This document shows, piece by piece, positions 47,301-53,861 of a DNA stretch of 59,247 nt; within the stretch, counting starts at the first letter, position 1; each line of letters starts with the position of its first letter. The position numbers and the translations under genes were made by a program. Location: positions 1-59,247 of the IMG/VR virus record IMGVR_UViG_3300021961_000105. One strand, 5' to 3'. Source of the stretch: a virus. Taxonomy: Duplodnaviria > Caudoviricetes. Below the pieces are notes generated by a model. It did not search any database. It was not told the DNA's origin and saw only the letters and a program-made list of their open reading frames with translations.

Positions 47301-50034
47301 CCTTTCTATTAGAATAACCTCTTCCTGGATCTTTAACATAGATTTTAGTAAAAGTATTTTTGTTTTTTAAAGTTGTTATAAAGTGGAATCCAGAAGACAC
47401 CCCAACAATGTCAATTTCATTTTCTTTGCGAAGAGCGTCTTGTTGGGTATTGAATAATTTAATTTTATTATCAGTCAGAATTCCAACAAAATATATTGAA
47501 CTGTCTACAATACCAGGAAGATTTGAGTTTTTATTTGAATCGTATACAACTTCTTCACCATCTTCAAATGGAATAGTAGTAAGAAATTGTATAGTATTTG
47601 TTGGAGTGTCTACATTTAAATCTGCCTTAAATCCAACAGAAACTCTAGTACTAACAAAGTTAGATTCTAGAGCACAACCCTCTCCATTGCCACCGGTAAT
47701 TGTAACTTTTGGTTTTTCTTGATAACCATATCCAGCGCTTAATATTTTAACTTCTCTAACTGTACCGCTGAGATTTAGGTGGGCTTTAACTCCAGTTCCA
47801 ACTTCGTCTCTTACTTCTATCGGTGGAGATTCAATAACATCATATTCTTCTCCAGGATTAGTAACTTCAATAGAAGACAAACCACCATAATAAATGTTTT
47901 CATCAAATAGAGTTGGTGATAATAATTCAACACCATTTATTAATATTCCAAGTTCTCTGTTGAATGTAGTCCTCTCGTTCAAATCATCAAATAAAGACTT
48001 GGTAGCATTAAATGGGAATTTCTTTAAAAGTTTTTGGTGTTTTAAAGTTTTTTCTTCATATCCAGATTTGTAAAAAACATCACCTGATATTCCCGGATTA
48101 ACATCAATATACTTTTCGGAAAAAATATCAGATTTACTATATGATAATTTTATATTATTCTTATCAACTCTGGTTGCATAATAAATTCCTGTTGAAAGTC
48201 CAGAAGTTCCGGTATCATTACCATAATATAACAATTCTCCACTTAAGTAATTGTGGTTTGGGATATTAAAAATGTTTGTTTTAGAAGAACCAACATTAGT
48301 TGTTGCTATTTTCCTATTATCGGTTGAAAAAACTGTATAATTAGGCAATCCCGAAGATGTTACATAGAAAAACTTTTCATCAGAATCAATATATGTGTTT
48401 TGGACTCCTGCTGAAACATTTCCAAGATCTTGGAAATAGTTGCTGTAGTGATTTACTTTGTAAATCTTTTTCCTCAATACGGAGGATGTTAAAACAGTAA
48501 ATGATCCAGGATTTAACACCTGAATTAGAACTGTATTTGCATATTTTTTAATTAAATCAGAAGATGAGTATTCTACATCAATAATTTTAGCTTCTGTATT
48601 ATTACCAAACGGATCTACTAAAAGAATGGACTCTCCAACATAAAAATAAACTTTATCAAATAATTGAACTCTATATTTTGTACTGTCAACTTGATTTATT
48701 ACTTGAATATTATGGTTAGTTGGTAAGTTATACATCCAACTATTAAATTCGTATTCATCAAACAAATCTTTACCAAAACCAGATAAAGAAATAGAATCTC
48801 CGACTCTTAGATTAGACGTTTTGGAAAAATCAATAGTATCAATTACATTAACAACTCTAAATTCAACTTTAGATGTATTACCTACACCAATATAACTAAA
48901 AGCAAATTTTTCTTCAATTAAGTCTAAACCAAAGTCAAGAGGTTTAGATACATTTGTGACTCCTGTAAATTGATTTATATTTTTTCCAGTATAATTTATT
49001 GTAATAAAATCAGAATTTCTGGGTTTTACCAGAATCGCTCCAGAGTTAGCAAATCCAACTGTAGAGTCAACTAAAATATTATCAGCATTTTCCGAAACAC
49101 TCTCCAAAATTCTAGTTTTACCAGATACTTCAAAATTTCCACTAAATGAAGTACTATCTAGAGAAATCTCGTAAAAATTTTTATTTGAGACAGGTCTATA
49201 TTCTACATTAAAAATAGAAGCACTTACAGTTCCAATGCCAGTTATATTTTGGAATAAAAAATTACCTTTAGTGTCTATTGGATCTCCACCAGAAATTTTT
49301 TCTACAAGAATATTTTTTGTAGTAAAATATGAGTTTGAAGATGGACTTAGGGTATAATCCTGTGGTTTGATTATCTCAATATCAGAACCATATAAAATTT
49401 TGAAGAGTAGTTTATATGACTGATCAGTTCCCTTAGATGAATATAAATCCTTTATTTTATAGGCTATATTTTCTACAGAAATATTTTCATAAAAATCTCT
49501 GGACTCAAATCCGGGTAAAAATTCATACTTGAATTTTTCAAAAAACTCAACTAAAAATAAATTACTTAAATTAAAAACTACATCTCCACTTGAGTGTTCT
49601 TCAGAGTTGGTAGATGTAAATACAGCAAATTCTGGATTATCTAATGCTCTTAAATTTTCAATTCCACTAAACCCTCTTACACAGTTTTTGAACGATGTTG
49701 AGGTTTTTGATGTATATGTAATAATTTCATTGTTTATCTTTAGTAATCCATAAGTATCGGGCCAACCCTTCGTTGAAGTTACATTTATAGTTGTATCAAA
49801 ACTCAAGACATCAGAAGTCAGTGAAGTTTCTTCAATTAGGTCAATATTATTGAACTTTTTAGTATTTTTATACTTAGATATATTTGAAATAATATCAATG
49901 GAACCAGACTGGCTTTCCATTGATTTATAATACTGTTCAAGAAACTCTACAAGAAGAGGTGATTCTACAGATAGAAACTCTGGAATTTGTGATTCTATGA
50001 TAGAACCAATTTTTACCCTTTTGATTTCTGACAT
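35326..50034 (-). CDS. g7: Giant baseplate wedge initiator gp7-like protein (4902 aa) with many accessory domains
   Basis: SQIPEF...FLEQYY, IKDLYSSKGT..SYKLLFKILYG, HSPILGYAYDGNPIYGPY (YHYH-like), DNFYYQKFSYSIK...W...V..IVHPSGFK; lies between g6 and g8. Confidence 0.85.
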   Translation of the reverse strand: MSEIKRVKIGSIIESQIPEFLSVESPLLVEFLEQYYKSMESQSGSIDIISNISKYKNTKKFNNIDLIEETSLTSDVLSFDTTINVTSTKGWPDTYGLLKINNEIITYTSKTSTSFKNCVRGFSGIENLRALDNPEFAVFTSTNSEEHSSGDVVFNLSNLFLVEFFEKFKYEFLPGFESRDFYENISVENIAYKIKDLYSSKGTDQSYKLLFKILYGSDIEIIKPQDYTLSPSSNSYFTTKNILVEKISGGDPIDTKGNFLFQNITGIGTVSASIFNVEYRPVSNKNFYEISLDSTSFSGNFEVSGKTRILESVSENADNILVDSTVGFANSGAILVKPRNSDFITINYTGKNINQFTGVTNVSKPLDFGLDLIEEKFAFSYIGVGNTSKVEFRVVNVIDTIDFSKTSNLRVGDSISLSGFGKDLFDEYEFNSWMYNLPTNHNIQVINQVDSTKYRVQLFDKVYFYVGESILLVDPFGNNTEAKIIDVEYSSSDLIKKYANTVLIQVLNPGSFTVLTSSVLRKKIYKVNHYSNYFQDLGNVSAGVQNTYIDSDEKFFYVTSSGLPNYTVFSTDNRKIATTNVGSSKTNIFNIPNHNYLSGELLYYGNDTGTSGLSTGIYYATRVDKNNIKLSYSKSDIFSEKYIDVNPGISGDVFYKSGYEEKTLKHQKLLKKFPFNATKSLFDDLNERTTFNRELGILINGVELLSPTLFDENIYYGGLSSIEVTNPGEEYDVIESPPIEVRDEVGTGVKAHLNLSGTVREVKILSAGYGYQEKPKVTITGGNGEGCALESNFVSTRVSVGFKADLNVDTPTNTIQFLTTIPFEDGEEVVYDSNKNSNLPGIVDSSIYFVGILTDNKIKLFNTQQDALRKENEIDIVGVSSGFHFITTLKNKNTFTKIYVKDPGRGYSNRKVKVPSLLSSNDNIAGINTFDSYVYARNHGFSNEEFVVYQSSDTPISGLSTSLYYQVKVINNNKFRLYSAGVSTQLSSENYDKNKFVKFESLGVGTHTFGYPPIEIKVESKSGTGATTIITSELVPIVLGSIDDVYLEDGGIGFGCTDIINFHRRPNVGVSSITSNAILKPIIIDGSIVDVQIINRGKGFRKNCEIIVGGSGNFAQLEPIISDGSIQSVNIVFGGVGYGSSDTTLTLKNRGQNAKFLANITEWKINQVSKSKEVINKDDDGILYSSKNTNLGLQFISFYVPKILRYQLSDNFTEDNKESTGTVNHSPILGYAYDGNPIYGPYAYNTTTGGFIRRMNPGYVLDVDTTSGKRPPSFEGGFFVNDYKYDGSGDLDIHNGRFAITPEYPNGVYAYFSTIDVSASNESIPKYPYVVGPYFYNKPTAENFLPAFNQDFNVFDTKLTRNIGPYYLNRSSSSYDLIDTVLDEYKQEFSVTSINSGKIEDVSIFSSGDNYKVNDPVDVDISGTGGIQPNIVVSELEGRQVENFSIVEEVLEAEFFVRQPNTLIKTSGPHGIKNQQPITISGISTITAAAFQGVKITNVQEKEVQLSEDIADEATTSKFTFIKVKDVNGFNTNDFIGIGTEKLLITGIDFKRSGFYVNRLENTGIHTVSGGNVVLLPREFEIPTGEVKDYSLQNYSVFFDPRSDVGIGSTGSIRSVISFGSSSAQNRFIPPRSIYLPGHKFYTGQPLKYNSGSGVAGTSLYVNNVGVAQSIQLENDQTVYAVNLGRDFIGLSTVGFTTSSSNGIGTNNNSVEFWDQVKSYGVIGAAHSLTTLYPKLTGVIGKTLGVVTTTSNHNLQVDDIIKFNITTDYNEVVKVFFDPVNRKVLMREVSFSDSDVSLSDNSIDVSSYNGNIETGDKVVYVAQYPINGLENYGTYYVLKTDYNAIKLCKYRSDIEDSNFVNFTSIGGSDQKLHFINPQITCIRTTKIEFDLSDSSLSSLDLQFYFDVNFVEKINERTGFFVQREGISGDPGAKVILDLSGQFFPIYYGLFTKGTSEQSKNQISTDYDVLSNNKISIVNHRLNADFVISNVTDKSFSFFNNKKPTFIENQIINENLTTFSYKTTSTTALGPISKLKINFPGRGYSKVPKVREIKSDSGTNAVVKLISPTIGRVETFTRVKDGFDYPTDATLSPSLSVPTIIGVKDIRTIDYVGIITGGRRYNSPPKLLVKNSDLGIELGAVISGGSVTNVTINKNSTSIAKPLEVITIFNSNGYEIDNISVVGDSVTLELSNVAGLTPFIPTGFGSTDFVYPFKVGDEIFIENCRLTDETRALGNANFNSSSYDYAFFTVTGINSVNNTVTYDMTGISTGTFGDYSDEFNLGIVVNKNDMPVFEMILKDDVNYSSNEVVTSPRFSGRIMERGWDGTLNQMRLKNVSGDITVGDKIYGETSKITGTVEYFDKFNLFATLGVSRDKTASVDLSSGILNEYSQRISDNFYYQKFSYSIKGNIPYSTWRESVRSIVHPSGFKEFSDLEIVTSPTLNEVSVGIAKSSNMKPILAATDSFTFLNIDEVTSMNTRRNFAKVYEEELLENGSTQNVFFDEGVDLAPYILNRTNKVISIDDISSQFNGTSEQYLRGRYADASDLLDLNKEFIKEEVVAFVEFNYPNIGLSTTYSKEKCLRDTGFIVDAVSHDLKYNSNNKSVEAGLAYWDAGSSYVTNETDETLFAYNYVKFIGQYVINNQTPPTLYQSSVEQQFNFTVTPDPLNDDVNRYKDSRNLILANRREILDRSLASIGIGFPDFYFPGDTQTNARSRYYDGYRLIQLNRQEIIDTSYSNTVSVYPGISTVISQFKTDLGQFVDAVSVDVFTGGNTYSREFTAQYFSNDIIISGKLTGGKSESIYGFVQSRDLMKIAIRNGLSVQDVGITSGPPTYGVGSIVSNTDPSACTDVQSNVITLVGIITSIISLGSTATLPALNVGTYTTGGNKCYRDLSYIVDGVAQDLSYGTNQHTIYNTKKYFDGAGVARTDGLIGEESESIYAFESAKGYMKQAVTNQLYSKDLTITADPLTGFNTDPSSCADVQTNIDTLVGILTVAVGNSSLAGIPTEFYGTADCADVRASLGNYVGIITTIIGLGTNFAPDLTFPSLTRGGSVVGLSTFKLKNKGISLFKHEFTGSSVDVATDTFTILNHNFQSGQELIYSYTNGSPIGIATTSYVSGTVDSLLNVHEFDGTAILENGYTSALTTSITGVSTVLSPVGPSFKQYVQTVGNGTTGTDAEFTVTITYSVSTGQPLSTSITLIKGGSGYSIGETVSIAGTYMGGTTPTNDLSFVVSATGPTVLDAEANQSYLEVPSSDATGATFNVFRNNDGEIASVDVLNGGSGYDSNSVISIAGTYIGGSGSNDDLSFRPLELGTDSLPSNLFVFKLNDNQFKLAGLSTSVFLNLTGVGTATHSLEYKDPNASVIITIDGVIQKPLSRKSLEVVLASSVSTASTNILSVSSGISSLNVRDIINLDNELVSIKKIGVSSENHVEVERGYFGTVSTAHTVGVAATVLNGSFNIVGDVIYFDTAPYGQIGPVGLETGSIFGGRAFSRRFDAGVPEDKNILFDDISLSFTGIAATEFTLKSNGQTTDTVFNDVNSATEISNNPIVLINNVFQNPSVDYTVDGSGTNVLRFLSGTPNAGRISKVSISTSFGYIPLLGAAATVVVSAAGTISDVVVTGGGSGYRSAPVVSIASTIGTGASITASVGAGGTITGYTVVNAGSGYTTTSLPVAVIGLPTGYSALSLDYADGSSGVGQDARLSVQIGMGSSVINFKFDRPGIGYKLGDKLTPVGIYTDTSIRYDSLNISNVLYNNITGVTTITTDSVHNLSEDDLVTLTGIAFTCGYDEVGIQTFSYDEASGICTVVTYSPHGLLRDDVPANQTSDEVFLFNLPFSCAAEHAGVTTTIFPDGTSSYGRVFPVLTSISSTSFTMNAGISTIPHVFEGWSEIGISTFAYYEVTGLSTVTTSANHEFAVGDKVTLAGLAFTCDSAYVGLTTTIFPDGTSEYGYTFTVTAVNSATEFEFLAGISTIVHYYTGGGYTKKVPTVQRVLKYTDDSTDGARDFRVVSIGSTNQFTVLAGSISTIPHYYTQGGIVTFKQYEPFILTVEEVQTDTFAGFYPGQFIQFDDISSFFNGFRKKFTLATTLNGVRTVIGLKVPDGTDLDITNNIFIYINDVLQVPGTSYSFSGSRITFTEAPKAGSKCVILYYRGSSVDVELVDPPKTIKTGDNITIQENPLDPYDISQFDRVVKKIVTSDQLETFNYYSVGIITDPTRVRPLTWKKQLNDTVINGTLYSKSRPSLQSGVKPFATVIKKIQPDDTSIYVDNAYPLFSDVDNLSEDIRDLLILENKTVEQCVVESVVSSSSTVTSINILDGGIGYANTLSPKVVISETSITQKDPIFNWNGGVGLTTTYDLKSVKFNDRFVSVGASAIYATSYDGINWQLGTVGFGQTESLDFNSIESVGIGTSNLLVSVGSLGKIVKATDYNTSTSVWEQIPLKEDVALPGFGVVGQVGSGYTGSFNEIAYSSVTDSWVAVGAAGSIFVATGVTTDAFTSRFSSTLSDLNSVAFGAEYFVAVGADGVIRTSNNGFIWETASSPVVTNLNKVIYANGKFVAVGNNGKVIRNLTRDTYEIITNNLGVSDITNIHYAYGFYIITLSSGDLYYSFDLSDWIYRSTNQSNLLNDFAFVDNLGSDGRYVAVGAGATSIYAEPVLNRATATSSVTSGVVTSIQIDNPGFGYDPTNPPPTLVELDTYKTETVKSFKVVGDFGTIIGIQTYLSGTPGIGTTSPKISFTLKSEQYDNSTLGIGYSSLNVLGVTNSQLSKGDYFVITDSNVETGGNLIGISTLLGGMASYPDSVIGVATQFIDGVYRVEDVTTPSIGIVTVTCNFAPMVDNYVKVYSRGENETGINTNGYYGRYSWAKIYDYQNRILGNPKTFDVFTDNGLTGLSTSPKIMRTRNVVSQ
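37927..38808 (-). repeat. Nested three-domain module homologous to the tail fibre module at 13208-14408
   Basis: FTCGYDE, CAAEHAGVTTTIFPDGT, GISTIPH, KKVPTVQR, RDFRVVS, PHYY, in the same order as in the fibre. Confidence 0.8.
40940..42427 (-). repeat. Helical repeats in gp7 (RY.D...LI..N....; KC.RD....VD.V..DL; CADV...I..LVGI)
   Basis: Three to four copies of each sub-motif in the translation. Confidence 0.7.
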
Positions 50035-50035
50035 T

Positions 50036-51910
50036 TTATCTCGTATACTTTCCGTTTAGGTAGCTAGATGTAGTTACATAATTTGTTGCAGAAGAATTTT
50101 CGCCAGAACTGACAACATCTTCTACAATATTTACCACAGTATTTTGAACGTCCAATTGCAAATACAAATCTTGCAATCCAATAATATCATTTGATTCTGG
50201 AATTGCTTGAACCTCAATAAATCCATTGGCCAAAGAAGCAGATGTTATATTGACAACATCTAATCGTATTTCACCCCTAACATAATCAACAGTTCCTGCA
50301 ATATTTTTTACATTCACAGGCAAATTATTGACCAACTTGAAGAAGAAAATTGTTCCAGTTTTTGCATTTGTGGATACTGGTCGGTCTGCCATATAAAGTG
50401 TTTCAGTCACCCCATCAATAGTAAATCCTGTAGATTTTATCGAATATCCAGAATCTCTAGTATGTATTTGATTTCCAAAGCAAAGTTCATAAGTTGCAAA
50501 AGAGTTGATTTCTGGATTCAAGTCTCTTCTCATTTTAACTTTAGTTATGTTTGAAGTTATAGACTTGTCACAATCATCGATGAGACCAACTATCTTACTA
50601 TATTTGAATCTACCACCAAAACTATTTACATCTTTTGAATTAGAATATTCAGTTAAAGTGTTCGTTACTTTTGTTTTTGCTTTTTCTGGATTACTTAGTA
50701 AATTTGCATTATAATAAGCGGAAACATCCAATTCAATATAAAGATATGACAAATCAACGATCTCTGGTCTAATTCCAGCAATAGAATATTTTCTAATTGT
50801 ACTTAAAATATTCTGTTTTGTGATTTGAGACAAAAATGTACCATTTCTGGGTTTAATGGATATGAAAACTTTTCCATATTCTGGGGGATCCAATTCGTCA
50901 CCACCGTATGCATTTACCGACTCTACATTTGGGTAAATATATGGAACTAAAGCTTTGTAGTCATTTGATGTTACAGCACGATACTGCGAGGCATACACTT
51001 TTGGTGAAAAATACTTAATAGAATCTACAGATTCTATCTCATCACCACTTTCAGATTTTGACTGAGTTAATAGTAGAGAAATTCCAGTTGTAATATCAAG
51101 TAAATTGTTATCCTTTAATCTTCCAGAAAAAGTAAAGTTTGTAGCTCCATTTCCAAAAGATCCGTTTGTAACAATATAACTAACTTCTATCCTACTACCA
51201 TTAGTTGGTTTTTTACCAATAATATTATCTCCAAATCTAATTTCATATTTTGTTCCTTCAACTTCTTGAATCAAGAATAATCTAGTTTCTTTACCAACAT
51301 CCAACAGAGTATCATACGCAGTATAAGTCTCAGTTACAGCATCAGTTACTTTTACTCTAATAGAAGTTGTGTCAATATTACTATTTGGTAATACAAATCT
51401 CTGATTTGGTTGAGATTCATCTACAATAAATGTACTGGTAAGGAATATTCCTTCATAAATGGGTAAATTATCGAAAATGGCTATTCCATCACTATTAACA
51501 GGTGTTGTAATATCCTCTGGGATTGAAAAAATATAATTACCATTTACTACTGCACCAAGAGCAACTTGACCTGCTAATAATTTAACTGTTCTAGCATCAG
51601 TTGCGCTCATATCAACAGTGAAACTTACTGTTGCTCTAGAAGATCTTTTTGATCTTGGTAAATATCCAATATTTCTAGAAAGTGAAACTACATTCTCCCG
51701 CAAAGTTGCACTTTCCAAAAATACTTCATTAACCGCCATGTTTGAGTTGAAGGCAGTTATATAACTGTTATAGGCTAGTAAATCTATTAGAACCGAAAAG
51801 TTAGACCCTTCAAAATCAAAATCTGTAAAATTTTGATTTGCACGTAAATAGTCCTTGATCTGAGTCCTTAGATCACTGAAATCTAAATTTGTAAATTGAT
51901 TGAATGACAT
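50036..51910 (-). CDS. g6: Baseplate wedge subunit gp6
   Basis: LDFSDLRTQIKDYL...FTDFDFEGSN.SVLIDLLAYN, FLESATLRENVVS, SQYRAVT.NDY, PPEYGKVFI. Confidence 0.94.
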   Translation of the reverse strand: MSFNQFTNLDFSDLRTQIKDYLRANQNFTDFDFEGSNFSVLIDLLAYNSYITAFNSNMAVNEVFLESATLRENVVSLSRNIGYLPRSKRSSRATVSFTVDMSATDARTVKLLAGQVALGAVVNGNYIFSIPEDITTPVNSDGIAIFDNLPIYEGIFLTSTFIVDESQPNQRFVLPNSNIDTTSIRVKVTDAVTETYTAYDTLLDVGKETRLFLIQEVEGTKYEIRFGDNIIGKKPTNGSRIEVSYIVTNGSFGNGATNFTFSGRLKDNNLLDITTGISLLLTQSKSESGDEIESVDSIKYFSPKVYASQYRAVTSNDYKALVPYIYPNVESVNAYGGDELDPPEYGKVFISIKPRNGTFLSQITKQNILSTIRKYSIAGIRPEIVDLSYLYIELDVSAYYNANLLSNPEKAKTKVTNTLTEYSNSKDVNSFGGRFKYSKIVGLIDDCDKSITSNITKVKMRRDLNPEINSFATYELCFGNQIHTRDSGYSIKSTGFTIDGVTETLYMADRPVSTNAKTGTIFFFKLVNNLPVNVKNIAGTVDYVRGEIRLDVVNITSASLANGFIEVQAIPESNDIIGLQDLYLQLDVQNTVVNIVEDVVSSGENSSATNYVTTSSYLNGKYTR

Positions 51911-52308
51911 CAGATTCTGGTTGGTTGTAGTAGGAACTCTACAGTTTGAGTTGGAACTGGAATACCAATAATATCATATGAAATTTTTATGTTAAGATCA
52001 TTGGATTCATCAGGATAAGTTACTAAAACTGATGAAACTTTTACTCTCCTCTCAAAGTTTTTAAGAAGAGTCCTAATATCCAACTCCAAAGAGTAAGCTA
52101 TCTCTGGAGTTTGTATTTCAAACATCGAATCTTCAACTTTAGATCCGAGTTGTTGATTAAAAAATCTTTCACCAGTCTTAGTTCTTACCAAATTTATAAC
52201 TGATTTTTTAATTGCATCAGCATCATTAATTGCAAGAATATCATTAGTTACAGGATTTCTCACAAAAGAGAGACTAATATCTTTAAATTTGCGAGAAATC
52301 CTAGTCAT
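51910..52308 (-). CDS. g25: Baseplate wedge subunit gp25 (sheath initiator)
   Basis: FKDISLSF..NPVT.D.....DAIKKSV.NLV.T..GERFF...LGS; 1-nt overlap with g6. Confidence 0.92.
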   Translation of the reverse strand: MTRISRKFKDISLSFVRNPVTNDILAINDADAIKKSVINLVRTKTGERFFNQQLGSKVEDSMFEIQTPEIAYSLELDIRTLLKNFERRVKVSSVLVTYPDESNDLNIKISYDIIGIPVPTQTVEFLLQPTRI

Positions 52309-52323
52309 TACTCAAACTAAGGG

Positions 52324-52330
52324 TATTTAT
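52324..52330 (-). promoter_or_regulatory. Late promoter box ATAAATA for g25-g6-g7
   Basis: tatttat 16 nt upstream of the g25 ATG. Confidence 0.7.
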
Positions 52331-52348
52331 TATATGTATAAGACATTT

Positions 52349-52576
52349 TTACCACTTTTTTCCATAGACTGGTTCAGTACCATATTCCCAATCATCATAA
52401 TCATCATCATTTCTGATTTTTTCATGAAGTTTTGTTTGTCTTTTAATGTCATTGATGTGGTCATATGCAACTTCACGAAGCATATTCATATACTTGTCTG
52501 ATCTGGGATCAGTAATTAGAGTCATTCCCGAATTAATAAAGTCCTTTCCTTGGTCTGGAATTGGATGATTTGACAT
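52349..52576 (-). CDS. Hypothetical protein
   Basis: SD aggag before ATG; MSNHPIPDQG..F..SGMTLITD; acidic/aromatic C-terminus DDYDDWEYG. Confidence 0.75.
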   Translation of the reverse strand: MSNHPIPDQGKDFINSGMTLITDPRSDKYMNMLREVAYDHINDIKRQTKLHEKIRNDDDYDDWEYGTEPVYGKKW

Positions 52577-52580
52577 TTTT

Positions 52581-52628
52581 AGCTCCTGATTTGTTAGATC
52601 AGAACTTTTTACGGGGTTGCTATCCCGT
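52581..52628 (-). promoter_or_regulatory. Two-hairpin structured leader; the second hairpin sequesters the SD
   Basis: Minus strand: acggg-atagcaac-cccgt aaaa agttctgat-ctaacaa-atcaggagct aaaa ATG. Confidence 0.55.
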
Positions 52629-53227
52629 TAATCAATAAAAAACCCTCTTCTCAAGTAATCTGCATCCTCAACAAAAGTTAAATTTTCTATTTTTTGAGGC
52701 CGGTCTCCCCTCCAAACTGGTATTGCTACACTGTTATTATATCTAAAGTCTGGATTTTGTCTAAAATGAACTTCTATGAGTCTATTTTCAATAAATTCGC
52801 AATTTATCCATTCATAGTTACCAACTAATCTATTTAATATTGCTGGAAATTCTATAAAATTGTCAACCTTACTCCATTTTTTCCACTTATACAAATCATC
52901 ATCCCCATCACGTTCACCTAAAACAGTTAATTTTGGAATTTTATTTTGATAATCAACACTAAAATGTCTTCCTTTAAAAATTTCACACCAAAATTCTGCA
53001 GGATGAAAATGATCTGTACTGTTTTCTATCCATTCTATTCTGGCAAAACGTCCCATACCCAGTAAGTTAATACTAGGTCGAACTATATAATTACCCGAAC
53101 ATGAAACAGACACCCCTGTAGGTCCACAGAGGTGTCTTAGACGTGTATTTAAAATAAGTTTGTTATAGACCCAAAGATCTTCTGGATGTATATTACTCCA
53201 TTCTTCCTTCGAGTCCAAAAAATACAT
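52628..53227 (-). CDS. Hypothetical protein, possible ATP-grasp-like fold
   Basis: YIVRP..N..GMG, FWCEIFKG.H.SVDY, NCEFI...LIEVHFR resemble the ATP-grasp vvKP..g.g / E.fi.G.e.svd / iEvN.R motifs. Confidence 0.6.
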   Translation of the reverse strand: MYFLDSKEEWSNIHPEDLWVYNKLILNTRLRHLCGPTGVSVSCSGNYIVRPSINLLGMGRFARIEWIENSTDHFHPAEFWCEIFKGRHFSVDYQNKIPKLTVLGERDGDDDLYKWKKWSKVDNFIEFPAILNRLVGNYEWINCEFIENRLIEVHFRQNPDFRYNNSVAIPVWRGDRPQKIENLTFVEDADYLRRGFFID

Positions 53228-53234
53228 ATTGAAA

Positions 53235-53405
53235 TTAGTTTTCTTCAGTTAGTTCTTTAATTTTATCATCGATAGAAGCTTGTTTTAGATGTGGCATATA
53301 GTTCATAGCAATACTGTATAATTGTTTCTCAACATCATACAGATATTTTTCTGAAACTCCGTCGCTACCTTTTTTATGAGTGTCTGGTTTACTATTAAAG
53401 TCCAT
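53235..53405 (-). CDS. Small hypothetical protein (56 aa)
   Basis: Hand-translated MDFNSKPDTHKKGSDGVSEKYLYDVEKQLYSIAMNYMPHLKQASIDDKIKELTEEN; fills the gap in the operon. Confidence 0.65.
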   Translation of the reverse strand: MDFNSKPDTHKKGSDGVSEKYLYDVEKQLYSIAMNYMPHLKQASIDDKIKELTEEN

Positions 53406-53425
53406 TTTTTTAACTTATGGAATTA

Positions 53426-53581
53426 TCAACCTGCTGCTAAAGGAGAAGCAGGATTTGGTTTTGCAGGAACTACTTTTCTTGCATTTGCAGATACATCATA
53501 ACCAAAAACTTTTGCACTTTCTGGAGCAGATGCTGGTGCATCTGCTGCTGATGGTCCTACTTTTGGGGTTGTTTCTGACAT
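53426..53581 (-). CDS. Small Ala/Pro-rich late protein (51 aa)
   Basis: MSETTPKVGPSAADAPASAPESAKVFGYDVSANARKVVPAKPNPASPLAAG, preceded by a perfect TATAAATA. Confidence 0.7.
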   Translation of the reverse strand: MSETTPKVGPSAADAPASAPESAKVFGYDVSANARKVVPAKPNPASPLAAG

Positions 53582-53605
53582 CTTTTTAAATTAATAATTT
53601 AAAAT

Positions 53606-53613
53606 TATTTATA
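53606..53613 (-). promoter_or_regulatory. T4 late promoter TATAAATA
   Basis: Exact match, 25 nt upstream of ATG 53581. Confidence 0.75.
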
Positions 53614-53615
53614 AA

Positions 53616-53768
53616 TCAACCTTTGCCTTGACCACGATATGCTTTACGAGCCTTGTTGCGACTCGTTGCAGCATACTTAGTTCCTTTTCCATTACCCTGA
53701 CGGGTTTTCTTAGGAGGGCCGGGAACATGAGCCTTTTTACTAAGTCCACCTTTTGCTTTTACTGCCAT
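53616..53768 (-). CDS. Small very basic protein (50 aa)
   Basis: MAVKAKGGLSKKAHVPGPPKKTRQGNGKGTKYAATSRNKARKAYRGQGKG; SD gaggt upstream; contains no acidic residues. Confidence 0.8.
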   Translation of the reverse strand: MAVKAKGGLSKKAHVPGPPKKTRQGNGKGTKYAATSRNKARKAYRGQGKG

Positions 53769-53800
53769 TTTTTAGTACCTCAAGATTGTTTTTTTATTTT

Positions 53801-53825
53801 GCGCTTTAGTCAATAACTAAAGCGC
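53801..53825. other. Perfect 10-bp stem-loop in intergenic leader
   Basis: gcgctttagt-caata-actaaagcgc; no 3' U-tract on either strand. Confidence 0.6.
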
Positions 53826-53861
53826 GCCGAAAGTCCATTTGTCGGGGTTTTAAGACCTATA

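Noticed and set aside
26167-50034. Inteins, introns or homing endonucleases explaining the very long gp7 and VrlC-like genes
   Set aside because: No intein splice-junction (C...HN-C/S/T), LAGLIDADG, HNH or GIY-YIG motifs seen; the length is explained by structural repeats
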